From assembly GCA_937625935.1 (NCBI GenBank), contig OW569358.1:124001-188000 (forward strand): a stretch of 64,000 nt of DNA, read 5' to 3'. The notes under the pieces are model-generated. The model did not search any database. It saw only the letters and a program-made list of their open reading frames with translations, and was not told the DNA's origin. The translations under genes were made by a program, and so were the position numbers. This DNA is from Tetramitus jugosus. Taxonomy: Eukaryota; Protista; Heterolobosea. Positions 21,068 through 33,628 of the stretch are shown in pieces. The stretch's first letter is position 1; every line of letters begins with the position of its first letter.

Positions 21068-22296
21068 GGTTGTGAGGACCTGTGCCGAACAAGCCTTCAC
21101 CTGTTAATAAGTCATTTTGGTACTTCTCACCACATCATCAACATTTACTGGTGATGACTTGCTGGTAATGAATATCTATATGGTCACTAATTCAGATGAA
21201 ATGAGTCAGCTAGAGATGTGCTCCTATCCAGAGATGTGGACAAAGAAGAATCTGAAACAGTTCTTTTGGCGATACAACAGAAGAGATACATTGGATATAG
21301 AACCAGAACTTTCAGAAATCATGGATATGAGAAATGATCAATTTGGCACCATGGTACAGTGTGCATTCCAGAATCAACAAGGCACAGCTTCTAATCAAAG
21401 ATACAAACAAAGAATAACAGAATGGATGCAACAACACTCCATTTCAGATGAACCATTTGTTGAGGATGCATTATAAATAATTCTCTTCACCAAGGTAAAC
21501 TATTTACTCTTCATTTGAATGTTTGGTTGAATTCACTTCTGTTAGACGAATAACGAATAATTTGCCTCAGAAAACAATATGCTGCGGAATGACAACAAGC
21601 TGAAAAATAATACTTAAAAATACATGCTCACTCATTCATTGGTCTCACCAAAAATCACTTAATCACCTCTGTGAGACGCCGAGACCACTACGCATGATAC
21701 TGTCGCTGAACATTGACGCAAAATCCAGTGACAATCACGCTACTGCTGCATATATGATACATTCTCATCATAAATAATTTGAATTTGTTTCACTTACTCC
21801 TGTCTTGTCTTCTCGAACGATGCGTTCAGAACCAATGTAATTTCACAATCAATGGTACTTATAGAATCAGTCAATAATGCCATAACACTAGTTTAACAAG
21901 AAACGACCATTGTACCAACAGAGGAGAAGAATCGAGAGGAATCATATTAAATTACCAACACTCACTTTTGTCAAACAGAACAACTCAATAAAGACTATAA
22001 ACAGGAATGAAGTAATTAGAACACTTTTGGGAGCATCATTGTCTTTGTAGGAACGAACAATACATAAAATCTCAGTTGCACGCAATGTAACTCTTACCAA
22101 ATGAACCAGAGTAATCTACCACAGGTGAGCTGCAAATATATTCAGTGTCACTCATGGTGATTACTGGGCTAGTATATACATCCTTAAAACCTTTTTGTTT
22201 TCAATTCTGTTGTTTCAACGGTTAATTTTTGTTGAACAATCACAGTTTTTGTGAAAGAATCAACAAGAATCAACCACAAACAAAACCATCATCAAC

Positions 22297-25107
22297 ATGC
22301 CTTGGCCAAAAGGAAGACCAAGAAATGTTATACCAACAAATACCTGCAACGGACACGATCGGAAACATAGAAACAGAAGAAAATGTTGTTTGTGTCTAGC
22401 AATTGATGACACCGTCAATCAGACTGTTCGCTGTAAGAATCTGTGTACGAGTATTTTGAATTTCCTAGTTGTGTTCAAAATCTTGTAAATTTATCTGAAA
22501 CCATCACAGATTGCTACCGTGTTGGTAAGAGGGGACCGAAGAGCCACGGTCTTCCACCAGATATAAGTCGCATGAATGAAATAGAACAAAAGCCATACAC
22601 CAGAAAGATTAGAGAACAATATCTCAAATTACAGAATAATATCAAAATTGTTGCAGAGGCTACAACCAATAATGCTTCAATGACTAACCATAAGTTTACA
22701 ATTTATATTAAATCTGAATTGAGAAATGAAGAGTTTTGTTTGATGGCTGTGGAAAACGGATGTCACATGGTATTATGAAACAACCATTGATTATTGAGAG
22801 GAAATTGACTTTCACGGAGACCCTTCGATTAATTGTTCAGCTCCACTTATCCCGAGAGAGCTTGCATGACCATATATATGCAAGGTTGTATCATTGATTC
22901 AAACAAAACTGCGAAATCATCACTGGAGTTATTCCACAAAACAATCTCCCTATTTGAAAGGTTTCTGAAGGAGATATCCAGAGTTGATCAAATGTCGCTG
23001 GACGAGATTTGCAATGTTTGTTCCTTAGTAGACGAAGTTGTTATTTTTATTAGCCACATTTCCAAGGTTATAGGTAGCTATCCAAGATACTGCAATCATA
23101 TTCGCTTTATTCCTTGGTTGCTTCTTATAAAAGGCTCCTTAGGAAAGGACTGCATGTCTACAAAGGAGCTAGCCAACAAAATTCTTCGTCAAATTGAGAG
23201 GTTGAATACGTCTGGTTTTACTGACGCAAACATTAGAAAATTCAAGATTAAGTGTCACTCAACAGAAACATTTGTGGAAAGTGACAAGGTACTCAACGGA
23301 GTTTTGCAAATGTTTCTTAATTTCTCAATGTACACTGCAGGGAATGTGTTTGAGAAACTGAGTGACGAATTTGAAGTATGCCCAACTGAAGATGTTGAAG
23401 ATCACATCAGAAGGAGTGAAGTCATAAGTAAGAGTAATAAGAGAATATATTGGGATACAAATGGGAGGGATGATTCAATCCGATATGACACCAGGGGTTA
23501 TGAGAAACAGAGAAAGTGGTATGACTACTGTAAGGAGGGTGTTGCTACAATACTTTCTCATCCATATTTTGAGCAATCCACCAGATTTAATAGAGTTGAA
23601 GTGAAGAACAATGAACTTGTTCTTCCAGCTACATCTCATGCAATTCTGAAGCGATATCAGATGGATGCTATCAAAGAGTTATATGAAACTACATACTTGC
23701 ACAGACAAAATAAGATTATAACTTGGATCATGGGAACTGGCAAAAGTGTACCGATTGTGATTTACTCAAATTTCGCCATTCAGTAGCAGCAAAAATACTA
23801 CTCATTACTCCTTTTGTTCTCTCCAAGGCAACTGGAGAGATGAATTTGACCAATGGCATTGTTTGTTTCGTTTAAAACCTATATCAGTGAAGATTATGAA
23901 AGGATCACAATCACATTCCAAAGTATCCGAGACATTACAGCAATGGAACAAGGATGGTGGCGTGTTGATATTTACACCTGGTCTATTACAGAGTTGGAAG
24001 GGTTCAAATGAGCGTGGTCATGTACTGAATACCAATGTGCATACCTTGATTGTCGAAGAGGCTCATACAGTGCTTCATGAACAGTCTGACGAGTACAAAC
24101 TCCTAAGCTCTATCAGAGCAGAGCGAAGAGTGTTATTGACTGCAACACCATGTCGCAGTCATGGAACTTCCTTGAAGTATTTACTTTCTTTTGTTAGTGA
24201 CATTGGTTGCGAGTTGCAATATGAGAAGGTATATCATGAGTTTATTCGAATCAAATCAAGTGTAACAGTCAAGTGTATGCAGGAATATGCATACCTGGAT
24301 TACAAAGAGATGCAAAAGTTGAATTGTTTCATGCGTACCAGACGATTATCTTAATCTTTGCTGTGTCAAACATGAATACATTATCTATATGGATATGTCT
24401 AATAGACAAAGCCAGTTACTTGCAGGTATGAATTACAAAGATGTGCAAACGAAACGGGAGGTATAGGTTTTAATTTACAATCTTGTCACAGAATAGTAAT
24501 GTTAGAACCTTCCTGGGAATACCTTACATATAGCCAACTAACAGGTAGATGTTATAGAGCCGGTCAAAAGCAAGATGTCTATTGTTATATTCTTGTGACA
24601 CAAGAAGATGTTTTGTACGTGTGTATGAAGAAAAAGCTATTGAGTGATGCGCTTACTCGAGGATGCTGTGCCAACTTTTGTTCATTCAAAGAGTCAAGTC
24701 ATAGTAGAACTGATAATTCTTTTGATACAAAAGATGAAGTATTGAACTCGGTGCTCAAAGTCAATAGTGAATTTGTGAATGTGGTGGAATTTGAATCTCT
24801 TTTTACGGTGGAACAAGTTGTTCCAGAGATTTCTCAACCACATCTAACAACCCAGCCAACGGCAAATCTAAAAAGGAGAATTTCAAGAAGTCATAGCACA
24901 GATAAGAAAGTCAGATCAGAAGAGGAATATTCTTTATCTTCCCAATCTCAAGAAACAAGATCCGGAAGAACAGTGAGACGCTGTATTTGTCCAGACTGTG
25001 GAGATAGGATTTTTGGTTCGTTGTCCAGAAGTCTTTGTTCTGCTTGTCAAGAGTTGTACTGTCCTAATTGCATCATTCAGAAACTATGCAGATCATGTTC
25101 AAATTAA
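22297..25107 (+). pseudogene. Disrupted SNF2-family (RAD54/ATRX-like) ATPase with AT-hook and C-terminal Cys-rich finger
   Basis: PKGRPR; LKRYQMDAIKELY; MGTGKS; LIVEEAH; RRVLLTATP; GGIGFNLQSCHRIVMLEPSW; QLTGRCYRAGQKQDVY; CPDC..CSAC..CPNC; several stops and frameshifts. Confidence 0.8.
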
Positions 25108-25145
25108 ACTTCAATCATTTCATTGAATCTTCAAGGAAAAACAAC

Positions 25146-26366
25146 TTACTTCATTGCTTCTCTATCTATTAGTTTCTTATATCTGTTCAGTGTTTTATGG
25201 AAACAGTTCATCATTATCTGACAACAGGTGAAATTTGGTTGAAAATGGGTGTTTTTAGATCCCATCGAATCCTTTCTGTTGATAGCACGCGTGTAAAGCC
25301 AATTCTCATATGCCTTCTCATACCAATATTGACTCTTCTTGTCAGATTCTGGAGAAAATAGCGGCAGATTATTCCAAGCTTCTTCTGCTGTTTCATTTGC
25401 TTGGCCCTTCCAGTTCTTGACGAAGTAGTCGTATGAATCAGAGTATATCAATGGTACGAGGTCTTCAGGTCTACCGTGTTGGTAAACATTCCATGCCAAA
25501 TCTGAATCACTCATCAATCTGATGATACCGTATTCAGTGTCTTGTTTCTGCTTCTTTGATGGACTTGAAGATCTTCCATCCACAGCTTCTGCCTTTCTCT
25601 TTCTACCTGTAATGTTCTGGCACAATGAATTAAGATTAGTGCTTCTTCATCTGCTCGCAATTATGTAGCTGCATGATATAAAATGAAATCTACCAATTCT
25701 TTCCTCCTCTCTTCGTATCCTTTTCTTTTAAGAGCGTAGTGAATGAGCAACTATATCAATTGGCTCTGTAACTGTCTCTGGAAGCTCGCATACAACAAAT
25801 ATTCTTGAAATTGCGCCTTTGGAATCATCCCAATTACCATGGCTCTTCCATTTGTGTGTCTACGCTTTGCCATACTTTGCTGGTACTGAGACATTCCAGA
25901 GATGATTTTCTGGAGTTGGAATATTTTGTGACATTCCCTACTAACGTTTAATTATATTACAATATTCAAAAGAGCTTCCTTCGAAGAATTATCAACATTG
26001 GATTTTACTCTCTTTACAGAGGACAATCAACCAGAACACTCTCATACAGGGCACTGAACATGATAAACCCAGTAATTCAAGCTTGGTTAGATCTGATATC
26101 ACAGTAGCTATAGATGCATCACGCAAAATTTTCAATTCAACTACATGTAGTATTTTATCCATTTTGTTCCAGATGCATAAATCAGCACGCTTCTTTCCGA
26201 ACACATTCTTCACTGATTTCTTAAGTATATCTCTGTACATAACTTCTCTTGCTGCAAGTCCTTATCGTATAGTAGAGTTGCGCCAATAGTAAAAAATATA
26301 CATTTTGTTTTTATTCAAGTTCGAAACAGATGATGAGTCGGTGATAAAAAAATCGATGCTCTCCAT
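25146..26366 (-). pseudogene. Disrupted gene with PD-(D/E)XK nuclease-like domain
   Basis: AREVMY...KRADLCIW...HVVELK...VISDLTKL (about 25990-26260); residual ORF 25146-25625 downstream. Confidence 0.5.
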
Positions 26367-27151
26367 GCATATGGAAATTGGTTGCTTTTCCTCTTTTTTC
26401 GGCATCACACAAGTGCCATTTTAACCACCAATGCAGGAAATGGAACCAGGTTCAATTCAATGGATGTGATAAGACTTACCCTTCTTGACAATCTTCACAT
26501 ATTGTTTGAAATGGGAATGAGCACGCCACTCGTAATAAAAAGGTGGTCATTTTCCAATATCTGGTACATGATGTATGCAGGCATCTGTCTCAATTGGAGT
26601 TGGACATTCTCCACATTAACTTGCTTGGAGTTCTCGGCAATGTGACACCAGAATCAGGGTCTTCATCAGTACTTTGACTATCTTCACTTGCATATACCTG
26701 TTTTGTACGTTTTTCACGTGATTTATCTTGAATTGCTCTACTCTGAAATACCTTTTCAAAAAATAGATCTCATTTCATCTGCTGATTTTTCCCTTATGTC
26801 TTCACCATCAGATTCATCAAAAGTATCATCTTTATCAACACTCTTTCTCTTCACAGAGGCACTCTTATTGCAATAACGGTAAACTGCACTTCCAATTTGT
26901 TCGGGAGATCTTCGTTGGAATGAGGATTGGCCTTTGAAATCATTTCACATAGATTTGCATCAGTTGCACTAGGATTATTTTTCTTGTGCAAACTCATTAA
27001 ACCTCGAGTTTATCAACCAACTCTTCGGTTCATTTACCTGTTTCGACAGCTTTGGAGACAGTAGCTTTTCTTCTTCTTGTTGTAGTCATTTGTTAAATTT
27101 CTTGGAATTTTGTTACACCAAATTTCAAATTTCTTTGAAAACACTCAAAAA

Positions 27152-27700
27152 CTTCAAAAGGTTGATCCCGTGGTTGAGTGTAGTTCAATAGGCCTATTCA
27201 ATACTTTTGTTCGTCTTAATTACCCAAACAACTCAACAAGAAACAGTGTAGGCAAGAATGACTTTGCTTGTTAAGGCTTGTTTGAACATCTTGTGCGCCT
27301 ACCAAATCAGAATCTCAGCATTGTTGTTGATGGCGTAAACTCAGACAAGATAAGAGATTTGATTAAGGAAGTAATCAAGCATACCAAGACATAAACGTGA
27401 CTGTTAGTTCAAAAATGACTGTCAAACATAAGAGGGTCAATTAAGAGAATACAAGAAACCATTAAAGTCAATGGGATAGTCATTATTGGACTTAGTGGAA
27501 AATACGAGCATTGGACTGCTGTTATTGGCACCACAGACAAACAACTGCATGTGTCTGATTCAGGTGGTTTAGCTAGTTTCAATAAAAAGACACTTACTTT
27601 GGTGACACATACATAGAAAGAGGAACGAAGACGCATCAAATTGATCACGAGTGGCATTTTACAATTGAAAAAGATTGATCGTCACAATATAGTATTTATC
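27152..27700 (+). pseudogene. Papain-fold (C39-like) cysteine peptidase pseudogene
   Basis: One frame with in-frame stops: LQKVDPVVECSSIGLFN (Q..C), IVIIGLSGKYEHWTAVIG (H), LHVSDSGG (D). Confidence 0.5.
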
Positions 27701-27764
27701 CAAGGTAAAGATGCCTTATGATCGAGTATTTATTGCAATACACAAGTATATGTTCACTCTAGGT

Positions 27765-28367
27765 TCAAGTGAATTTCTCTTCATAGTTATAACAACCTTG
27801 TGAACAATATTGGTCTTGTGAAGTGCTTCCACACGAATTACAATAATAGCTGAATCTTGATGAATCAGATGTTGAGGATATCTTGGTTAACAGTGATCCA
27901 ATTTGATAGAAATCAATCTCTTGTTTGAATAATTGTCTATGGCTCAACTTTAAGTCTGAAATAGAGTCTGTAACATCAAGTCCTCGTAAGTGGTTGAGAA
28001 TAATCTGGAAATGAGTTGGGTCGCGGTCGATGAAGATTTCATTATCTTCATCATGCTTGGTATCAAAATGTTCACTCAATAGAGCACTGAAGAATGTGTC
28101 TTTTTCAGATGTTAATGTGCTCAGTGTTGTCACGAAAACTGTTCCTCCAACACTCAGCCTTATCTTCTCATTCTTGCCTCCCACTGTCGTTGTCTTGTTA
28201 AGCTTTGCTGTTACTTCGTCAATAACCTTTTGTCTACTATTCAGCTCCTTTTCTTTTTCTTCACAGTTCTTTCGAAGAGATAACTCTACGTGTTCGATGT
28301 AACTTGTAAAATTGTTCAACAGTGATTCTCTCTCCATGTTTTTGTTGTGATTTCTATTGAAATCCAT
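27765..28367 (-). CDS. BTB/POZ (KCTD/T1-type) domain protein
   Basis: IRLSVGGTVFVTTLSTLT...TFFSALLS...IFIDRDPTHFQIILNHLRG...EIDFYQI; intact 200-aa ORF. Confidence 0.88.
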   Translation of the reverse strand: MDFNRNHNKNMERESLLNNFTSYIEHVELSLRKNCEEKEKELNSRQKVIDEVTAKLNKTTTVGGKNEKIRLSVGGTVFVTTLSTLTSEKDTFFSALLSEHFDTKHDEDNEIFIDRDPTHFQIILNHLRGLDVTDSISDLKLSHRQLFKQEIDFYQIGSLLTKISSTSDSSRFSYYCNSCGSTSQDQYCSQGCYNYEEKFT

Positions 28368-29255
28368 CTTTAAATGTGTTATTTCGCAATTTCCGCGTAT
28401 TACAATTACTTACAAACAGCTTCAAGATGTCGATCAGTCATCCGTCAAAGTTTCAACGAACCCAACGTAACAATAATGCCCAGAACAAAATTTCGCGTAC
28501 AAGCAAGGAAGTTATAAGGGTCGCGAGGAATATAATTTGAAACAACTATTTGGAGACAATAACTTGCATAACATGAACTGCTTGAATCTATCATAAATTC
28601 AATAAATCTGTACATGTTGAATTGTACAACCCAATATTTTAATAAAATTCGAAGTTGGTATCATTGCGAAGAAAGTGTTCAGTTCTTTGCCTCCTAGATC
28701 GATTGGGAACCAGTTGAGGTACTGCAATAGTGCTAGTCTCTGAGTCCATTCTGGCATGTGTCGCTCTTTGTCTGTGATCCTCTCTGTAACTGAATTGTCT
28801 ATTTCTATGGCGATGTGACAGATGGCTCACTTTGTAAATTTCTTTGCAGATATGAGGGTAGACGCCCTCTTCATCAGTTTGTGTAGGAGGACTGCTATGT
28901 TACTATGCAAGTAAAGAAAATGTTGTTCGTCCTCCTTAGCTAAGGTTAATTTTTCTGTGTTGGCACCACCCTAACCAATCTATATCTATATTCTAATATT
29001 CAGTGGTTATTCATTCACCAGATTAAACTCTGACAACAGAGTATGTTGTCAGTGCATACACATTCGGTAGTGAATGAATGATGGCCCATACATTCTAAAA
29101 CTAATACACAAATCGTTACAAAATATGAACCTTATAGCTATTTTATTTCCCTAACCATTACATGAGAATGAATTGACCCTTGAAACTTCTGATTGCAGTT
29201 GCACAAAATACGAAGAAAGAAAAACACAAGTAACCAGCCACTATCAATGTTACTT

Positions 29256-29920
29256 TCACAACAGATCCCTGATGATTCTGCAATTCAAAGTGAGATGCGA
29301 GTGCCAGAGCTGATCAATCCAATGAGTCCAGCCTTCCAATGCAGGCAATAACCAGAACAACAGTGACTCACCGTCTCCTGCAATTATAGAAGCTGCTTCA
29401 TGCGCAAGATTTGCAACATCCCCATCAGCGATCACCAACTGTCTCGTTCTTCCTTCAACAACATCGAATCACCTTGTGCTCCATTCTTGAAGCTTACCTT
29501 GCAGTGATCAACCTTCGTACTATCTACTCTTCCGCTCATACATTGAGCAATGATCTCATTCAAGCGCTGAAGACCATTCACAAACTTTACAAATATTTTT
29601 ACAATCGATGGATTCAACAGGACAAATGCAACCGTACAAACACACAATGGAAAGCAATACAGTGCGAACAAGGGAGATATCAATGGAGTCCCCAACAGCA
29701 GCACATAAATCAAGATGGATGATATAATGGTGAATATAGAAGTCCTTGAAATCTCGTTTGTGTTTTTTCCTTTTCCCAAAGTAACAAAACAACTTCCTCC
29801 TTCATTTTCTTGCGAATGGGAGGAGTGTGGGGAAGGACAATGTGAACATGAACAATTGGAATCGGAGTCGGTCGGTGCTGTTGCGATGTGACGATGGTTC
29901 ATGACAGCAACGCGACACAA
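29256..29920 (-). CDS. Hypothetical small membrane protein (structure uncertain, probably spliced)
   Basis: Hydrophobic stretch IFTIISSILIYVLLLG...VCTVAFVLL; overlapping ORFs 29432-29920 and 29256-29438. Confidence 0.4.
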
Positions 29921-30386
29921 CAGTTGGTTTTATGGTACAGTACAGTTGGTAGGTTTTGGTCCGGTTAGCGAGTACTTTGTGACTATGGCGCGTGAATGGT
30001 TTCACTGTGGGAGGTTTTTCTTCTCCTCCAAAGGTCAGTTGGAAAGCTTCAGACAAACTCTGCGTCGGAAGATGTGCTGTTCATTGGGATTCAAGTCGCG
30101 AGTTCTTTGTAGATGATCATTTCCCTCCGTTTTTTCCCATAATGCATTTTTTTGAGTGTTCCAGAGTGTGATAAGTAGCGAACAGTGTTGATTTCATGTG
30201 TTACCAATCACTAAGATTGATAGTGGTATTCCAGTTGAAACACCTGCTATCAATTATCATAATCTTGGTCATAAGGCGGCACTGTCTTCTGTCAGTCCTA
30301 GTTGATCAGCCTTTCATGAGGATCTGAAAAAAACAATTAGATATACTGAAAATCAAGGGTGTTACAACAAACTCCTATTATTTTGC

Positions 30387-32531
30387 ATGTTGAGGAACAA
30401 GAACATCTCTCGTTGCATCAAAGATCGTCAACGAAGCTTCGAACCATGGTTTGAACGCATTGTGCTCTTCCGGAGGAAAGAAGAAAAGAAGAACAATGAG
30501 AACGACCATGAGCACAAGGCAACAAACAATGATGTGACCTTATCGTTGTTTGACCAGTGGAATGAGCTGTATGAGCAATATTGCTTTCTTCAATCGGTTC
30601 TTGTTGCACCGCAGCAGGATCGCGATCTTGACACTTTGTGCTTGCGAGTCACTAGTGATGTGATCCGGCATTTACAAACCAAGCACTGTGCGATTTGGTA
30701 TTACAGAGATCACATGAGTGAAGCTTGTGAGCTACTTGATTTATTATGCTTTCCAATCAAGTGTTTGAAGCAAAAGGAGTTGTTTTCGGATTGTGTAAGA
30801 GCTGAAACAATGCACAGAATGGTGGCGACCATATGGGATGAGTGGACTCATGGTACGTCAAATGTAAAGCGATCAAAGTTTAATCGAACTCGGAAATCAA
30901 CAAATGTTCAAGGAGCAAATGAATTTCAATCGTTGTATGAAGATGATGAGTATGAAGAAGATGAGTCATTTGTGATACCGAACCCACCGCCATTACCAAT
31001 GCTTCTTACCGAGAATAGAGAATATGAGGATGACATAAATACGAGGTTGAAGTTGTTATCAGATGGCACGGTTACATTGTGCACAAATTCTGATTCGGAG
31101 GCTATCGATATTCTTTATCTGGCTAACATGTTGGAGGAGAAATTGTTGACTTATCCTCGCAACTATATTCACAACCTCATTCTACGGAGAACATTACTGA
31201 AACAGAAAGAGAAGTTACGAATGGAGGGAACAGCAAAAAAATTTCTCTCACTTGAATCGTATGGGTGGATCGAAATCATGATGCAACTACTGCAATATGG
31301 TGACTATGGTTCAGAGGTATGTGAGTGGGTAGATGTACGAAATGCATTGGTAATTATCGATCATTATCGGCGGAAATTTCTACACGAGATATCTTCTAAT
31401 TATCTACCGCAAGCTGTCACAGTCGAGTTGATACAACAAGTTTCGGATGATCACTTCGATTCTTTATTTCTAGCTTTGAGCTATTTGGACAAAATCTTTC
31501 ACTTGAAATCCTATTTTAGTGATATTGCACGGAATGATATTGAGAGGTTCGAGTTAATGACATTCTTTGATCGATCATATGTGCATGAAATGTGCAAACA
31601 ACTTGGAGACGAGGCACATCTGTCTGCCGCTCCATTTCTCATATCCCAAGCACTTATTATGATGTGTGTTGCTTCTAACAGCAGTAGTCGGTCTGTTCTT
31701 GCATCCTCATCTGTAGATTTTGGTGCACAACAGCACAAAAGAAAGCATTACAAAAAATTAGTACTATTGGACAGAGCTTTATCTACGACCTTCAACTCAG
31801 AGAATCAAAAAGATGAAACTAATGAGATACCAATCGATCCGATTGTTCGATATTTTAAATGGAAAAGGATGTGGCGTGCGCTCTATAACAGATACACAAA
31901 ATCGCCATCTAACATACCACTAGACGATTATTCTTGCATTGATCCCACATTCAAACACCAGACCACTGCCTCTCTAATTATGCGCAAGTTGTTGAACGAG
32001 CAAGTGTTTAAACCTAGCAGTAACCAACTGGTTGATTTATGTTCACTCATACTCCAGAATGAGGATTGCTTATCGTCAGTGTTCGCGTATCCCAATCTTA
32101 ACACCTTTAAACTGCCTACATTACCACCTAGTGACTCACTAACAGACCAATATGCGAAATGGCCTCCAGACATGCATTTCATCCATCCTCGTGCCCGCCC
32201 ATCAAGCATGTTTCTACCAGATCAACTCATTTCTAACACAAAGATCAAGAGGACAACTGACACGATCTCTCAGGTTGCCAAATTAGCTAACAGCCGCAAG
32301 GACGTTCAAAGACTACGATTGCAACTCCTGCAATACCTCTCCTCTCAGTACTGTTCACTTGTGTTTGATGAGAAACAGCCACTGTATGATAGAGTGCTGC
32401 TACTTCTCGATTTGATTGATTTACAGTCACACAGCAGCAGCGAAGAGATTCATTCCTTCGTCGAGAATGAATTATTGGGTACTTGTCTCTCTCAAATGGT
32501 GTTGCTGACACAGAACGATAAAACCGAATAG
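30387..32531 (+). CDS. Hypothetical 714-aa protein
   Basis: Long ATG-initiated ORF; no recognised domain. Confidence 0.75.
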   Translation: MLRNKNISRCIKDRQRSFEPWFERIVLFRRKEEKKNNENDHEHKATNNDVTLSLFDQWNELYEQYCFLQSVLVAPQQDRDLDTLCLRVTSDVIRHLQTKHCAIWYYRDHMSEACELLDLLCFPIKCLKQKELFSDCVRAETMHRMVATIWDEWTHGTSNVKRSKFNRTRKSTNVQGANEFQSLYEDDEYEEDESFVIPNPPPLPMLLTENREYEDDINTRLKLLSDGTVTLCTNSDSEAIDILYLANMLEEKLLTYPRNYIHNLILRRTLLKQKEKLRMEGTAKKFLSLESYGWIEIMMQLLQYGDYGSEVCEWVDVRNALVIIDHYRRKFLHEISSNYLPQAVTVELIQQVSDDHFDSLFLALSYLDKIFHLKSYFSDIARNDIERFELMTFFDRSYVHEMCKQLGDEAHLSAAPFLISQALIMMCVASNSSSRSVLASSSVDFGAQQHKRKHYKKLVLLDRALSTTFNSENQKDETNEIPIDPIVRYFKWKRMWRALYNRYTKSPSNIPLDDYSCIDPTFKHQTTASLIMRKLLNEQVFKPSSNQLVDLCSLILQNEDCLSSVFAYPNLNTFKLPTLPPSDSLTDQYAKWPPDMHFIHPRARPSSMFLPDQLISNTKIKRTTDTISQVAKLANSRKDVQRLRLQLLQYLSSQYCSLVFDEKQPLYDRVLLLLDLIDLQSHSSSEEIHSFVENELLGTCLSQMVLLTQNDKTE

Positions 32532-32728
32532 TGTATTGCTTTGTCAGTTTAAGTAGTTTCTAATCAGTGTCACATCAGCAGTTAGGATGTGTGAATATAT
32601 GAATATGATATTGTAATGTTGTCATCACTGCAATAGTAAAGATAAACCCTGATTTTGCATTCGATGCACCTAACAAATCCCGATCAGCGGCGATCGAGCA
32701 AACCATTGTGGGAATTTTTTTACAGTTT

Positions 32729-33517
32729 TTATTTCTTGCTCGCAGTCGCGGAAGCAACAGTGGAAGCTTTCTGCTTTTCCAGCTTCTTCTGATTCTCTCT
32801 ATAGCTTGCCAAATACTCTGTCAACAGAGGCACATATTCCTCAAAACCTAATTTTTCCATTGCTTCCAACAAATCATCGCCATTCATTGTTTTCCGCTTA
32901 TCATACATGCACAAATCACTTGCCTCACTGGCCAAAAACAAGATAAACTCTGTCAAGTACTCTTGCATCACTTCTTTTGCATCTTTTGCAATTTTTGCAT
33001 TCTCCGGTAGACAACTCTTCATGACTCTTGAAATATTGGCCACAGGCAAGTACAAATCTTGTTCTCTGATCGTTGTCGAACCACCACCACCACCACTACT
33101 ACCACCACTACTACTACTGATGCTACCACTACTACTACCACTATTATAGCTATTCTTTCGTAGTGAATCATCTATCGCACCAGTTATTGCCACTAGATGA
33201 CTCTTTGAATGCTGATCATCATTCTCATCATCCTCAGCATGATCCAACAACAAATGTTCCTCTGTTTCATCCAAATGCTGTTGTTGATCCTCTCTATGAT
33301 GTTCACTATGGATCACACGATTATTGTGGATGGGTATTGGAATCGTAGTCGGCGGAGTTATGGAGGTTACAATGGATGGCGGGGAGAAGAGCAGTGAAGC
33401 GGTCAATTCATCTGTTTCTTCCGAGCCTGTTGGGCAACAAAGAGACGACTGACCGACTTGTTCTGTGATCATGGTGGTTTTTGCTTCTTCGTCTTTGTCT
33501 CGTTCTCGTTTCATCAT
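32729..33517 (-). CDS. NFYB: Nuclear transcription factor Y subunit B (histone fold)
   Basis: [68 protein letters not shown]. Confidence 0.92.
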   Translation of the reverse strand: MMKRERDKDEEAKTTMITEQVGQSSLCCPTGSEETDELTASLLFSPPSIVTSITPPTTIPIPIHNNRVIHSEHHREDQQQHLDETEEHLLLDHAEDDENDDQHSKSHLVAITGAIDDSLRKNSYNSGSSSGSISSSSGGSSGGGGGSTTIREQDLYLPVANISRVMKSCLPENAKIAKDAKEVMQEYLTEFILFLASEASDLCMYDKRKTMNGDDLLEAMEKLGFEEYVPLLTEYLASYRENQKKLEKQKASTVASATASKK

Positions 33518-33628
33518 TTTTTGTTGAGATTTTGGTTTTTTGTTGTTGTGCGAGCTTTTGTTGTCCTGGTAATACTTTTATTACATGACATTTCTTTTAT
33601 TTTTCCAATAGCAAAAAGTTATCATCGA

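Noticed and set aside
16860-27700. Stop-codon reassignment to explain in-frame stops in the island
   Set aside because: Frameshifts accompany the stops, and intact host genes end in TAA, TAG and TGA normally.
16755-29164. CATGTAAT/ATTACATG as P-like terminal inverted repeats of the island
   Set aside because: Only 8 bp match, no extension, and the flanks (CTCCCAGC vs AGAATGAA) form no TSD.
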